A stretch of DNA of 64,000 nt from Betaproteobacteria bacterium (GTDB lineage: Bacteria > Pseudomonadota > Gammaproteobacteria > Burkholderiales > SHXO01): assembly GCA_009693245.1 (NCBI GenBank), contig SHXO01000002.1, forward strand, positions 6,280 to 70,279. The letters run 5' to 3'. The notes below the pieces were generated by a model. That model did no database searches and was not told the DNA's origin. It saw only the letters and a list, made by a program, of their open reading frames with translations. This document shows positions 10,334-21,613 of the stretch, in pieces (positions within the stretch are counted from its first letter, which is position 1; every line of letters begins with the position of its first letter). A program made the translations under genes and the position numbers.

Positions 10334-12022
10334 GTGACACGCCGAGCGTTCTTGGAAGTGTTGGCCGTGGCAGGCATGGCGGGCCTAAGCGGCTTCGCGA
10401 GGGCGGAGTCGTTGTACGCTCGCCCGCGCTTCGGCAACGTCCACCTGTTGCACATCACGGATTGCCACGCTCAGCTCTTGCCTATCTATTATCGAGAGTC
10501 CAGCCTAAATATCGGGGTGGGCAATGCGAAGGGCAAGCCGCCGCATTTGGTGGGCGAGGCCTTCGCGCGACATTTCGGTTTGGCGAAAAATTCGCGCGAA
10601 CTACATGCCTTCACCCATTTGAATTTCACGGAGGCCGCGAATGTGTTCGGCAAGGTAGGCGGCTTCGCGCATCTTGCAACCTTGGTCAAGCAACTCAGAG
10701 CGGACCGGCCTAACGCATTGTTGTTAGATGGCGGGGATACGTGGCAGGGTTCCGCCACCGCCTTGTGGACTCAAGGCCAGGACATGGTGGATGCCTGCAA
10801 GCTTTTAGGCGTGGATGTGATGACTGGGCATTGGGAATTCACCTTGGGTGCCGCACGCGTGAACCACATCATCGAGCACGATTTCGCCGGGCACACCGAT
10901 TTTCTTGCGCAAAACGTGCACACGCGAGATTTCGCGGATCCCGTTTTTCCAAGCCATGCGGTAAAGGAGTTGAACGGCGTTCCCGTGGCCATCATCGGCC
11001 AAGCCTTTCCTCACACTGCCATCGCCAACCCCGCTCACCTGGTGCCAGATTGGTCCTTTGGGTTGCATGAGAACAAGTTGCAAGACTTGGTGGACAGTGT
11101 TCGCGGCCAAGGTGCGAGAGCGGTCGTGCTGCTATCTCACAACGGCATGGATGTGGATCTCAAGCTCGCGTCTCGTGTGAGCGGCATAGATGCGATTCTC
11201 GGCGGGCATACGCACGATGGTATTCCGAGCCCGGTGCTGGTGAAGAACCGTTCGGGGCAGACTCTGGTCACCAATGCCGGATCGAACGGAAAATTCCTCG
11301 GCGTACTGGACTTCGATGCGCGGCAAGGGCGAGTGAAGGATTTTCGCTATGCGCTTTTGCCGGTATACGCGAACCTCTTGCCAGCCGATCCGGCCATGCG
11401 TGATCTCATCGAGAAATCGCGCGCGCCCTTCCACGCCAAACTCACGCGCAAACTCGCGGTCACGGAAGGACTTCTATACCGCCGGGGAAATTTTGGCGGC
11501 ACCTTCGACCAACTTCTGCTCAACGCCCTGATGGAGGTCAAGGGCGCGCAAATCGCGCTATCGCCGGGATTTCGCTGGGGCACGAGCTTGCTGCCGGGTG
11601 ACGCGGTCACGGTGGAGGACGTGTTCAACCAGACCGCCATCACCTACCCCGCCACCACGCTCACGGACATGAAGGGCGGGCAAATCAAGGATATTCTGGA
11701 GGATGTCTGCGACAACCTGTTCAACCCCGATCCCTATTACCAGCAAGGCGGCGATATGGTTCGGGTGGGCGGGATGACTTACACATGCACTCCCAACGCC
11801 AAGATGGGTGCGCGTATCGGCGATATGCGTATAGGCGGCCGGCCCATCGAGGCGGACAGGGTCTATAAGGTGGCGGGCTGGGCCCCGGTGAGCGAAGGCG
11901 TCACTGGCGAGCCCATGTGGGATCTGCTACAAACCTATCTGCGCGCCCATCCCAATATCGAGCCTCTCACGCCTCAAGTGCCGAAGCTGGTGGGCGTCGA
12001 AGAAAATCCAGGAGCAGGGTAG
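10334..12022 (+). CDS. soxB: thiosulfohydrolase SoxB
   Basis: 562-aa ORF starting at GTG. It has a Tat-type leader (TRRAFLEVLAVAGMAG) and the SoxB-typical LLHITDCHAQLLPIYYRESSLNIGVG. It belongs to the 5'-nucleotidase/metallophosphatase family. Confidence 0.93.
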   Translation: MTRRAFLEVLAVAGMAGLSGFARAESLYARPRFGNVHLLHITDCHAQLLPIYYRESSLNIGVGNAKGKPPHLVGEAFARHFGLAKNSRELHAFTHLNFTEAANVFGKVGGFAHLATLVKQLRADRPNALLLDGGDTWQGSATALWTQGQDMVDACKLLGVDVMTGHWEFTLGAARVNHIIEHDFAGHTDFLAQNVHTRDFADPVFPSHAVKELNGVPVAIIGQAFPHTAIANPAHLVPDWSFGLHENKLQDLVDSVRGQGARAVVLLSHNGMDVDLKLASRVSGIDAILGGHTHDGIPSPVLVKNRSGQTLVTNAGSNGKFLGVLDFDARQGRVKDFRYALLPVYANLLPADPAMRDLIEKSRAPFHAKLTRKLAVTEGLLYRRGNFGGTFDQLLLNALMEVKGAQIALSPGFRWGTSLLPGDAVTVEDVFNQTAITYPATTLTDMKGGQIKDILEDVCDNLFNPDPYYQQGGDMVRVGGMTYTCTPNAKMGARIGDMRIGGRPIEADRVYKVAGWAPVSEGVTGEPMWDLLQTYLRAHPNIEPLTPQVPKLVGVEENPGAG

Positions 12023-12089
12023 GTGGACTGTCACCGTTTGACTGGCTCGTGCGTTTTGGAGGCGTTAAGAACTCATAAAGGAGACCCCG

Positions 12090-12383
12090 ATGAAAGCCCT
12101 ATTCACAGCAGGCGTTCTAGCGCTCGCCAGCGCAAGCGCTCACGCGGCGGACGCAAATCACGCCAGTTATCTTGCCTCCACCTGTGCCAGCTGCCATGGC
12201 ACGGACGGCAAGTCCACCGGATCGGTGGCGAGCCTGGCGGGCCAGCCGGCGGCTGACTTACTCACCAAGTTGGCCGAATTCAAGGACGGTACGCGCCCGG
12301 CGACCATCATGCACCAGATCGCCAAGGGCTACACCGGCGAGCAACTCAAACTCATCGCCGAGTTTTTCTCGGCGCAGAAATAA
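12090..12383 (+). CDS. mono-haem c-type cytochrome, likely the cytochrome subunit of flavocytochrome c sulfide dehydrogenase
   Basis: 97-aa ORF with a signal peptide, a single CASCH motif and the RBS aaaggag. It lies immediately upstream of the flavoprotein gene. Confidence 0.8.
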   Translation: MKALFTAGVLALASASAHAADANHASYLASTCASCHGTDGKSTGSVASLAGQPAADLLTKLAEFKDGTRPATIMHQIAKGYTGEQLKLIAEFFSAQK

Positions 12384-12393
12384 GGAGGCGGTC

Positions 12394-13668
12394 ATGACGG
12401 ATAGACGCGATTTCATCAAGTCGGCCGCCGCGGTGGCGGGGACCGCCATCACAGGTTTCCCGGCCATCGTGCATGGGATGGGGCAAAAGAACGTGGTCGT
12501 GATCGGCGGCGGTTACGGCGGTGCGACCGCTGCCCGCTACGTCATGCGCTGGGGCGGGCCGAAGTTTCGGGTGACGCTGATCGAGCGCAATACGCAGTTC
12601 ATCTCCTGCCCGCTTTCCAATCTGGTGCTGGGCGGCAGCAAGACGCTCGCGGACATCACGCGCTCCTACGATGGTTTGCGCAAGGAGCTCATCATGACTG
12701 TGCAAGACGAGGCCGCGGCCATCGACCCGGCCGCCCATTTGGTGAAGCTCAAGAGCGGGCGCAATATCGACTACGAACGCCTGATTGTCTCCCCTGGGGT
12801 GGATTTTCTCTGGGACCAGGTGGGCGGAATGAGTAGCCCCGAGGCGCAAGCCAAGATCCTGCACGCCTGGAAGGCGGGCCCTCAGACCGTGGCGCTACGC
12901 AAACAATTGGAGGCCATGGACGACGGCGGCGTATTTGGCATTTCCATTCCGCTGGCGCCCTATCGTTGCCCGCCCGGGCCCTACGAGCGGGCGTGCCAAG
13001 TCGCGCATTACTTCAAGCAATACAAGCCGAAATCCAAGGTGCTGGTGCTGGACGCCAATGACAAAATTGTTTCCAAGCCGGCCCTGTTCGAGAAGGCTTT
13101 CAAGGAGCGTTACGCGAACATCATCGAATACCGGCCCAATAGCAAGCTCGTGGAAATGGATATCGCTACCAACACCGCGAAATTCGAGTTCGACGATGTG
13201 AAGGCGGACGTGTGGAACGTGATCCCGCCCCAGCGCGCCGCGGACATAGCCAAGCAGGCGGGGTTAATCACGGCCAACAATAAATGGTGCGAAGTGAACT
13301 GGCTGTCCATGGTCTCCAAGGCGGATCCGGACATCCATGTCTTGGGCGATGCAACGCTCTCCGGGCCCATGATGCCCAAGTCCGGGCACATGGCGAACCA
13401 GCATGGCAAGCTGGCCGCCGCCGCCATCGTGAACCTCATGAACGGCAAGGAGCCCAATCCCGAACCCGTGGTGATGAACACTTGCTACAGCTTCTTGGAC
13501 GACAAGAGCGTGATCCACGTAGCCTCGGTGCACCAGTACAACAAGGAAAAGAAAGTAGTGGAGCCGGTGCAAGGAGCGGGCGGCGTTTCCAAGGAAGCTT
13601 CCGAGCTGGAAGGCGAGTATGCGTTCTCCTGGGCGAAGAATATTTGGGCGGATATGCTTGGGGGGTGA
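12394..13668 (+). CDS. fccB: flavocytochrome c sulfide dehydrogenase flavoprotein subunit (FccB/SoxF-like)
   Basis: I start this at the ATG after the RBS aaggagg, which is in frame with track ORF 12172-13668. It has a Tat leader (MTDRRDFIKSAAAVAG) and the FAD fold VVVIGGGYGGATAARY. Length is 424 aa. Confidence 0.88.
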   Translation: MTDRRDFIKSAAAVAGTAITGFPAIVHGMGQKNVVVIGGGYGGATAARYVMRWGGPKFRVTLIERNTQFISCPLSNLVLGGSKTLADITRSYDGLRKELIMTVQDEAAAIDPAAHLVKLKSGRNIDYERLIVSPGVDFLWDQVGGMSSPEAQAKILHAWKAGPQTVALRKQLEAMDDGGVFGISIPLAPYRCPPGPYERACQVAHYFKQYKPKSKVLVLDANDKIVSKPALFEKAFKERYANIIEYRPNSKLVEMDIATNTAKFEFDDVKADVWNVIPPQRAADIAKQAGLITANNKWCEVNWLSMVSKADPDIHVLGDATLSGPMMPKSGHMANQHGKLAAAAIVNLMNGKEPNPEPVVMNTCYSFLDDKSVIHVASVHQYNKEKKVVEPVQGAGGVSKEASELEGEYAFSWAKNIWADMLGG

Positions 13669-13758
13669 GACGTGCAGGGTGCAGGGTGCAGGGTGAAGGG
13701 TGCCCCCACCCTATCCCTCTCCCGCGAGCAGGGGAGGGGACGATATTTCACGTCTCAC
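13665..13758. repeat. composite repeat: heptamer tandem array, REP-like hairpin and ctcacgc repeats, flanked by a 10-bp inverted repeat
   Basis: gtgagacgtg (13665-13674) pairs with cacgtctcac (13749-13758). There are 4.4 copies of gtgcagg at 13672-13702 and a ccctctccc...ggggagggg core at 13715-13740. ctcacgc(c/t)t repeats run to about 13790. It sits in the convergent fccB/dacB spacer. Confidence 0.7.
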
Positions 13759-13789
13759 GCTTAACATCTCACGCCTATCGCCTCACGCC

Positions 13790-15253
13790 TCACCGCCTAC
13801 AACACTTCTTCTTACCCGGCGTTGCATACGCCCATTCGATCACGGCGTCGTGAAAGCCTTGCGAGGCGCGCGCGCTTGCGCCGTTGACTAGGCACACCAC
13901 GACCACCATGCGGTCCTCCTCGTCTTGAACGAAACCCACGCTGGCGCGCACGCCCTCTAGGTATCCCGTCTTGATGTGCGCGCGGCCGGTGGTGGGGCTC
14001 TCCTTCAAGCGCTTGCGCATGGTGCCGTCGATGCCGCTCAGGGGAAGGGACGCGATGAATTCGGGCGCGAGCGGAGATATCGCCGCCCACAGCAGCAGCT
14101 TGCCAAGATGTTCCGGGCTGATCCGCTCCGCGCGTGAGAGGCCCGATCCGTTTTCCACCACCAACTCCGGAAAATCGAAGCCCTCGCGATTAAGCCATTG
14201 CCTGAGCGCGTGGGCCGATTTCTCCGCGTTCAGGGGCGGCACGTTCTCGGCGAGACCTAGAGCGAGAAACAAGTGCCGGGCCATGACGTTATTGCTGAAT
14301 TTATTGATGTCGCGAATGAGTTCGGAAAGCGGTTCCGATCCATGGGTTGCAATCAATTGGGCATACATGGATCCGGTGCCATCGCTCGCTTGCCCTGAGA
14401 GAGTTCCCCCCAATTCGCGCCATAACTCGCGGAACACGGCCTCGATGTATCGCGGCGAGGACAGCGGGCTATAGTTCCGCGACGTTTCTCCGCAGGGGAT
14501 GGGAAAATCCCCCTTGAATAGCATTTGGCCGGAGCCCGCGTCGTGGACGGGGTCCTGCGGCCAATCGGCGCAGGCCATATCCACCGCGTGAAGTTGGTTG
14601 AGCAACGTGATCTGCGGCAGTGGCGGATGCATGAGTATTGCCACTTGGCCAGAATCCGCCTTCGGTATGAAATTGAGCCGAACGGCGTTGAAGTTCACCA
14701 GCAACGCATCGGGCAGCGCGTTGTAGGGACGCAGACTATCGCCATCGAAATCTCCGGGCGCGCCATTCACCGTTTCGAAAAAGGTGCGGTCCAGCACCAA
14801 CTCCCCGTGGATGTGCCGAACGCCCCGAGCGCGAACTTCGCGCAGCAAGGTCCAGAATTCCTCCAGGGTGAGCTTGGGATCCCCGGCCCCTTTAAATACG
14901 AGGTTTCCGTCCAGTACGCCGTCCTTGACGGGCCCGTCGGCGTACACCTCCGTGCGCCAGGAGTAAGCGGGGCCCAGGACATGCAAGCCCGCGAGGGTCG
15001 TGACGAGCTTCATGGTCGAGGCGGGATTCATCGGGCGCTGCGCGTTATGAGCTAACCGCGCGGGCTTGGTCCCTACCACGTGAACGTACAAGCCTAGGTC
15101 TTCCGCGCGCAAGCCATGCTCCTTCGCGGCGCGCGCCAAGGGCTCCGGAAGAGGGGCAGTGCGCGCCCCGCCCGCGCACAGGAAAAGTACCGCCAGCAGG
15201 AGTGCTTTTATAACTCCACGATGGTTCCGCGTTCGGGCACTTTGGTGCTCCAT
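13790..15253 (-). CDS. dacB: D-alanyl-D-alanine carboxypeptidase/endopeptidase (PBP4 family)
   Basis: Sequence is PBP4-like (PASTMKL SxxK motif, ...FSNNVMARH...). I place the start at MEHQ (15253), preceded by gaggag and followed by a signal peptide. The track ORF extends to 15355. Confidence 0.88.
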   Translation of the reverse strand: MEHQSARTRNHRGVIKALLLAVLFLCAGGARTAPLPEPLARAAKEHGLRAEDLGLYVHVVGTKPARLAHNAQRPMNPASTMKLVTTLAGLHVLGPAYSWRTEVYADGPVKDGVLDGNLVFKGAGDPKLTLEEFWTLLREVRARGVRHIHGELVLDRTFFETVNGAPGDFDGDSLRPYNALPDALLVNFNAVRLNFIPKADSGQVAILMHPPLPQITLLNQLHAVDMACADWPQDPVHDAGSGQMLFKGDFPIPCGETSRNYSPLSSPRYIEAVFRELWRELGGTLSGQASDGTGSMYAQLIATHGSEPLSELIRDINKFSNNVMARHLFLALGLAENVPPLNAEKSAHALRQWLNREGFDFPELVVENGSGLSRAERISPEHLGKLLLWAAISPLAPEFIASLPLSGIDGTMRKRLKESPTTGRAHIKTGYLEGVRASVGFVQDEEDRMVVVVCLVNGASARASQGFHDAVIEWAYATPGKKKCCRR

Positions 15254-16595
15254 CCCAACTCCTCTTGAATGACTTCGCTGAAAGCGATGGCCGCCGCGTA
15301 CTCGCCATGCACGATGTAGGTCTAGCGCGGCGGCGCGGGCATTTGCCGCATCCATTGCAGCAATCCTTCCTGGTCCGCGTGCGCGGACAAGCCGCCGATG
15401 GTATGAATGCTTGCGCGCACCGCAATCTCGTCGCCGAAGATGCGCACGCGGGACGCGCCATCCACCAAGCGCCGGCCAAGCGTACCTTGCGCTTGGAATC
15501 CCATGATGATTACACAGGACTCTTCCCGCGGAAGATTAGCCCGTAAATGAAACTTGATGCGCCCCGCATCGCACATGCCCGAGCCCGCGATGATGATGGC
15601 ACCTTGTTCGCGGCGGCTTAGCTCGCCGGATTCATCGGCGCTTTCGACGAAACGGATATTGAGATCGTGCTCTTGTTCGATTCCCGCTTCGAACATGGGC
15701 GCCACGTCCGGGTCGAGCACCTTCCAATGTTTTAGAGTGGCCGTGGTGGCCTTGGTGGCGAGTGGCGAATCCACGAATACATCCATGGCGGGTAAGCGGC
15801 CCTCCCGGTGCAAGCGGATGAGCAGATACAAAAGCTCTTGCGTTCGGCCCACCGCGAAGGCCGGAATGACGATATTGCCGCGTTTGAGCGCGAGGGTACG
15901 CGTGATGATGTCCACGAACTCATCGAGCGTCGCGGCCAGCTTGCGGTGCTGGCGGTTGCCGTAGGTGGATTCCATCACCAAAACGTCCGCTTGCGCCAGG
16001 GCTGCCGGGTCGCGCACCAGTGGCCGCCCGCGATTACCGATGTCTCCCGAGAATACTAGACGCCGCGTGACGCCATCTTCCGTGATGGCCAATTCGATGA
16101 ACGCCGCGCCCAGAATGTGGCCCGCCTCCCGGAAACAAGCGCGCACGCTAGGGCACGGAGAAAACTCTTCGTCATGGGAATGGGCCCGCAGTTGCGCCAA
16201 GGTTCGCAGTGCTTGAGTGGCCGTGTAGAGCGGCTCTCCCTGTTTAGCGCCGTGGCGCTGCTCCTTGCGCCGTTGCGCTTCGTACTCCTGAATGTGGGCC
16301 GCGTCGAGCAGCATGGGTTCGAGCAGGGCGCAGGTGGCGGCGGTCGCGTGGATGAGCCCTTGGAATCCCATCGCAATCAAACGAGGCAGCAGCCCGGAGT
16401 GGTCGATGTGGGCGTGTGTGAGCAAGACAAAATCGAGGCCGTGTATCCAGGGGCCCAATGCAACGCGGTTTTTCTCCGAAGCATCGCGCCCCCCTGAAAA
16501 AGCCCGCAATCCACCAGAAAGCGCGCGTCATTGCTCTCTAACAGAAAACAAGAACCGGTGACCTCTCGTGCCGCGCCGAGGAATTGGAGATTCAT
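15208..16595 (-). pseudogene. MBL-fold beta-CASP ribonuclease (RNA-metabolising metallo-beta-lactamase), disrupted by one frameshift and one in-frame TAG
   Basis: [36 protein letters not shown] (from ATG 16595) jumps frame at the G6 tract 16489-16494 into [14 protein letters not shown]...[11 protein letters not shown]... TAG at 15322-15324 is then followed in frame by TYIVHGEYAAAIAFSEVIQEELGWSTKVPERGTIVEL*, with TAA at 15208-15210. Confidence 0.8.
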
Positions 16596-16804
16596 GGGGG
16601 AGTTATCTATTCGTGGACATTCTACGCATTGGCAGCGTACCACCACGAGCGCTAGCACTTAATCGCGGCGAACACGGTTACATTTCAGGTTCAGGGATTT
16701 CGTCCGATGACATTGGCAGGGGACGCGAATTTTCGCGGTGTTGCGATATCAAGAACGCAAAGGCGGCCAGCCCATGCCGCGATTAATTACGGTGGAGGAA
16801 GGGT

Positions 16805-17425
16805 ATGGAATTTATCGATCGAATCGAACAACAACTCTCGGCTACCAAGCTGCCCTTGGTGGCGATCACCTTCGCGGCGGTGCCATGTCCCGACACTCCA
16901 GTCATTCTCACCTTGCACTGGCACGGTTTCATAAGCGATAAAATCGCCGACGTGGAAGGTGCCAACCCCGTGCGATTCACCTCGGTTCCAAGCTCAGCGC
17001 TGCAATTGAACGAACATTGGGACGATGTGGAAGATCTCGACCGCGCCACCTTGGACGCGGCCTGGGCCTTCGGCGCCTGGGATGTCGCCCGCGCCGAGCG
17101 GCCATCGTGCATGCGGCCAGGTGCGCAATCCCGGGAGGCGGTGGAGTGCCTGCAAGCCTTTGGCGGATTTCCCTTCGGAGCCCATGGCGACCAAGTGGTG
17201 GTTGCAGACGCGCCCGACGCGGATGAACTCATCAGCGTGGCAGCCAAGCGCGGTTACCTCATGTGGATGTTCCGGCCCGTGCATGGCGGCATTTGGAAGG
17301 ACGTCGCGGAGGATGCCACCCTCAAACCCGATGGCAAGCGCGAACCGCCTTGCCACTTGGAGCCCGTCCCTCCTGTTGGTAGGGGCATGCGCAAGACCGT
17401 CTATCGTTTGGGCGCCCCGCTCTAA
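16805..17425 (+). CDS. hypothetical protein
   Basis: 206-aa ORF with the RBS ggaggaagggt and coding-like GC3 bias. I recognise no family. Confidence 0.5.
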   Translation: MEFIDRIEQQLSATKLPLVAITFAAVPCPDTPVILTLHWHGFISDKIADVEGANPVRFTSVPSSALQLNEHWDDVEDLDRATLDAAWAFGAWDVARAERPSCMRPGAQSREAVECLQAFGGFPFGAHGDQVVVADAPDADELISVAAKRGYLMWMFRPVHGGIWKDVAEDATLKPDGKREPPCHLEPVPPVGRGMRKTVYRLGAPL

Positions 17426-17543
17426 CCTCACGGCCGAAGCCATAGCCGCCCGCGGGCGGTAGAAGTACCCCAGCTCGTTCTAACTGGCACTCCATCCCGG
17501 AATGCCCATAACTTCTTGTCCTATCCGGAATGCCCAGTTACTA

Positions 17544-17570
17544 TTAGCACTCAGTAGTAAGGAGTGCTAG
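17544..17570 (+). promoter_or_regulatory. CIRCE operator (HrcA binding site) upstream of groES
   Basis: TTAGCACTC-agtagtaag-GAGTGCTAG, compared with the consensus TTAGCACTC-N9-GAGTGCTAA. It lies 84 nt upstream of the groES ATG. Confidence 0.85.
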
Positions 17571-17653
17571 CAGGGTGCCAGGAAGCCTGTGCCGGCCTTC
17601 CATCCAACCGAAGTAGTTCATACATTCAATCAGTTAGAGAAAAGGAGAATTCC

Positions 17654-17944
17654 ATGAAGATCCGGCCATTGCATGACCGAGTCGTCGTGAAGCGTCTGGA
17701 AGAGGAGCGCAAGACCGCCTCTGGTATCGTCATCCCGGATACGGCGGCGGAAAAACCCGATTCAGGCGAGATCATGGCTGTGGGCTCGGGCAAGATCGGC
17801 GACGACGGCAAAGTGCGTCCGCTGGATGTGAAGAAGGGCGACAAAGTCCTGTTCGGCAAGTATTCCGGCCAGACCGTCAAGGTCGACGGCGTGGAGTACC
17901 TGGTGATGCGCGAAGAAGATCTGATGGGCGTGATCGAGGGCTAA
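17654..17944 (+). CDS. groES: co-chaperonin GroES
   Basis: [35 protein letters not shown]..., 96 aa. This is the internal ATG of track ORF 17564-17944, preceded by aaggag. Confidence 0.98.
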   Translation: MKIRPLHDRVVVKRLEEERKTASGIVIPDTAAEKPDSGEIMAVGSGKIGDDGKVRPLDVKKGDKVLFGKYSGQTVKVDGVEYLVMREEDLMGVIEG

Positions 17945-17976
17945 CGCGCCTCTCCCCCTACTACCCACCAATTTAG

Positions 17977-19641
<1,665 letters not shown>

Positions 19642-19677
19642 TTGGGTCCAACCCTCCAGCAGTAAACGCAGTACAAG

Positions 19678-19710
19678 AGAGCCCCGCCCAGTGCTGGGCT
19701 CTTTCTTTTT
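19678..19710 (+). terminator. rho-independent terminator after groEL
   Basis: The stem agagccc/gggctct (19678-19702) is followed by ttcttttt. Confidence 0.75.
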
Positions 19711-19841
19711 ACCCCTCATGCTATTGCCATGCTTGGGGACCGGCATTTTTAGTAATATGTTGCGCTTCCCTGTAGCCAGGGCCCATTCGCTGGCGGGCGG
19801 CACGGGGGCACAATCCATAAAACCGATTCGGGGAGAGCACT

Positions 19842-21506
19842 ATGGCTGTAGCGTCCGCCGCTGTACAGGGTGAAGTCCGGCCCATGACCGCCGACGAGAA
19901 GAGAGTTATTTTCGCCTCGTCCCTGGGTACCGTATTCGAGTGGTACGACTTTTATCTGTTCGGCGTCATGGCGGCCATCATCGCCAAGAACTTCTTCTCC
20001 GCGCTGGACGATTCCACCCGGGTCATCTTCACTCTGCTGGCCTTCGCCGCGGGTTTCGCGGTGCGCCCCTTTGGCGCCATCGTGTTCGGGCGCCTGGGAG
20101 ACCTCGTAGGCCGAAAGTACACCTTCTTGATCACCATCATGATCATGGGTACATCGACCTTCATCGTTGGCCTGCTGCCTAACTATGCTTCCATCGGGCT
20201 TGCGGCGCCCGTCATCCTCATCGCTCTTCGCCTGCTGCAAGGCTTGGCCCTGGGCGGCGAATACGGCGGCGCGGCCACTTACGTCGCCGAACACGCGCCC
20301 CATGGCAAGCGCGGTGCCTACACCGCTTGGATTCAAACCACCGCTACTGTCGGGTTGATGCTGGCACTTTTGGTCATCTTGGGAACCCGTACTGCCATGG
20401 GAGAAGAGGCCTTCACGGCTTGGGGCTGGCGCATTCCCTATCTGCTTTCCGTCATCCTGCTGGGCATTTCCGTGTGGATTCGTTTGCAGTTGAACGAGTC
20501 TCCCGCCTTCCAGAAAATGAAGAACGAAGGCAAGGGCTCGAAGGCGCCTCTAACGGAATCCTTCGGGCAATGGGCGAATTTGAAGATCGTGATTCTCGCC
20601 CTCGTCGGTTTGACAGCGGGGCAAGCGGTGGTCTGGTACACGGGCCAGTTCTACGCGCTGTTCTTCCTGGAGAAGATGGCCAAGGTGGACGGCCCCACGG
20701 CGAACATCCTCATCGCCGCGAGCCTGGTCATCGGCACGCCATTCTTTCTGCTGTTTGGCTCGCTCTCGGACAAGATCGGCCGCAAACCCATCATCATGGC
20801 GGGATGCTTGATCGCGGCTCTGACCTACTTTCCGCTCTTCAAAGCCCTCACGCACTACGCGAATCCGGACTTGGCCTCGGCACAGGCCAAGAGCCCCATC
20901 ATGGTCAACGCCGACCCATCGCAATGCTCCTTCCAGTTCAATCCAACGGGAACGGCGAAGTTCACCTCCAGTTGCGACGTAGCCAAGGCCTACCTCGCGC
21001 AAAACGGCTTGGATTATCACAACACGAAAGTCGAGCCAGGTACCACGGCGTCGGTGAAGATCGGCGAGAAAGTCATCGCCGCCTACGACGGCAAGGCGCC
21101 TAACGCCAAGGAAGAGGGCGCCCGCTTCAAGAAGGAAATGGACACGGCGGTGAAAGAGGCCGGCTACCCCGCGAAGGCCGACCCCGAGAAGATGAATAAG
21201 CCGATGCTGATCTTGCTTCTCACCATCATGGTGATCTACGTCACCATGGTCTACGGCCCCATCGCCGCCATGCTGGTGGAGATGTTCCCCACCCGTATCC
21301 GTTACACCTCCATGTCGTTGCCCTATCACATCGGTAACGGCTGGTTCGGCGGCTTCCTCCCCGCCACCGCCTTCGCCATCGTGGCCGCCAACGGGGACAT
21401 CTACTCCGGACTGTGGTACCCCATAGTGATCGCCGCCGGCACATTCGTCATCGGCATGCTCTTCGTGAAGGAGACCAAGGACGTCGATATCTACAAGCAC
21501 GACTAG
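19842..21506 (+). CDS. MFS transporter, metabolite:H+ symporter (MHS) type with a long central soluble loop
   Basis: 554-aa ORF with the MHS-typical FEWYDFYLFG and GRLGDLVGRK motifs. The start may instead be the ATG at 19884 (MTADEKRV). Confidence 0.85.
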   Translation: MAVASAAVQGEVRPMTADEKRVIFASSLGTVFEWYDFYLFGVMAAIIAKNFFSALDDSTRVIFTLLAFAAGFAVRPFGAIVFGRLGDLVGRKYTFLITIMIMGTSTFIVGLLPNYASIGLAAPVILIALRLLQGLALGGEYGGAATYVAEHAPHGKRGAYTAWIQTTATVGLMLALLVILGTRTAMGEEAFTAWGWRIPYLLSVILLGISVWIRLQLNESPAFQKMKNEGKGSKAPLTESFGQWANLKIVILALVGLTAGQAVVWYTGQFYALFFLEKMAKVDGPTANILIAASLVIGTPFFLLFGSLSDKIGRKPIIMAGCLIAALTYFPLFKALTHYANPDLASAQAKSPIMVNADPSQCSFQFNPTGTAKFTSSCDVAKAYLAQNGLDYHNTKVEPGTTASVKIGEKVIAAYDGKAPNAKEEGARFKKEMDTAVKEAGYPAKADPEKMNKPMLILLLTIMVIYVTMVYGPIAAMLVEMFPTRIRYTSMSLPYHIGNGWFGGFLPATAFAIVAANGDIYSGLWYPIVIAAGTFVIGMLFVKETKDVDIYKHD

Positions 21507-21519
21507 ATAATCGGCCACC

Positions 21520-21556
21520 GGAGGGCCCCACCCGGCCCTCCAAACGCTTTTGTTTT
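21520..21556 (+). terminator. rho-independent terminator after the MFS gene
   Basis: The stem ggagggcc/ggccctcc (21520-21541) is followed by aaacgcttttgtttt. Confidence 0.7.
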
Positions 21557-21613
21557 AGCACCCGCGCGGCTAGAATGCGCGCCTTTCGCCAGAGGGTCTT
21601 TAGCGGGCGAAAC

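Noticed and set aside
12172-12393. N-terminal extension of the fccB ORF, which would give a 498-aa product.
   Set aside because: The extension overlaps the cytochrome c gene in another frame and reads as Pro/Arg/Ser-rich nonsense. ATG 12394 has a strong RBS and gives a proper Tat leader.
17509-17543. Definite sigma-32 promoter call upstream of groES.
   Set aside because: The -35-like cttgtc and -10-like cccagtta have a non-canonical spacing of about 11 nt. The similarity is too loose to annotate as a feature.
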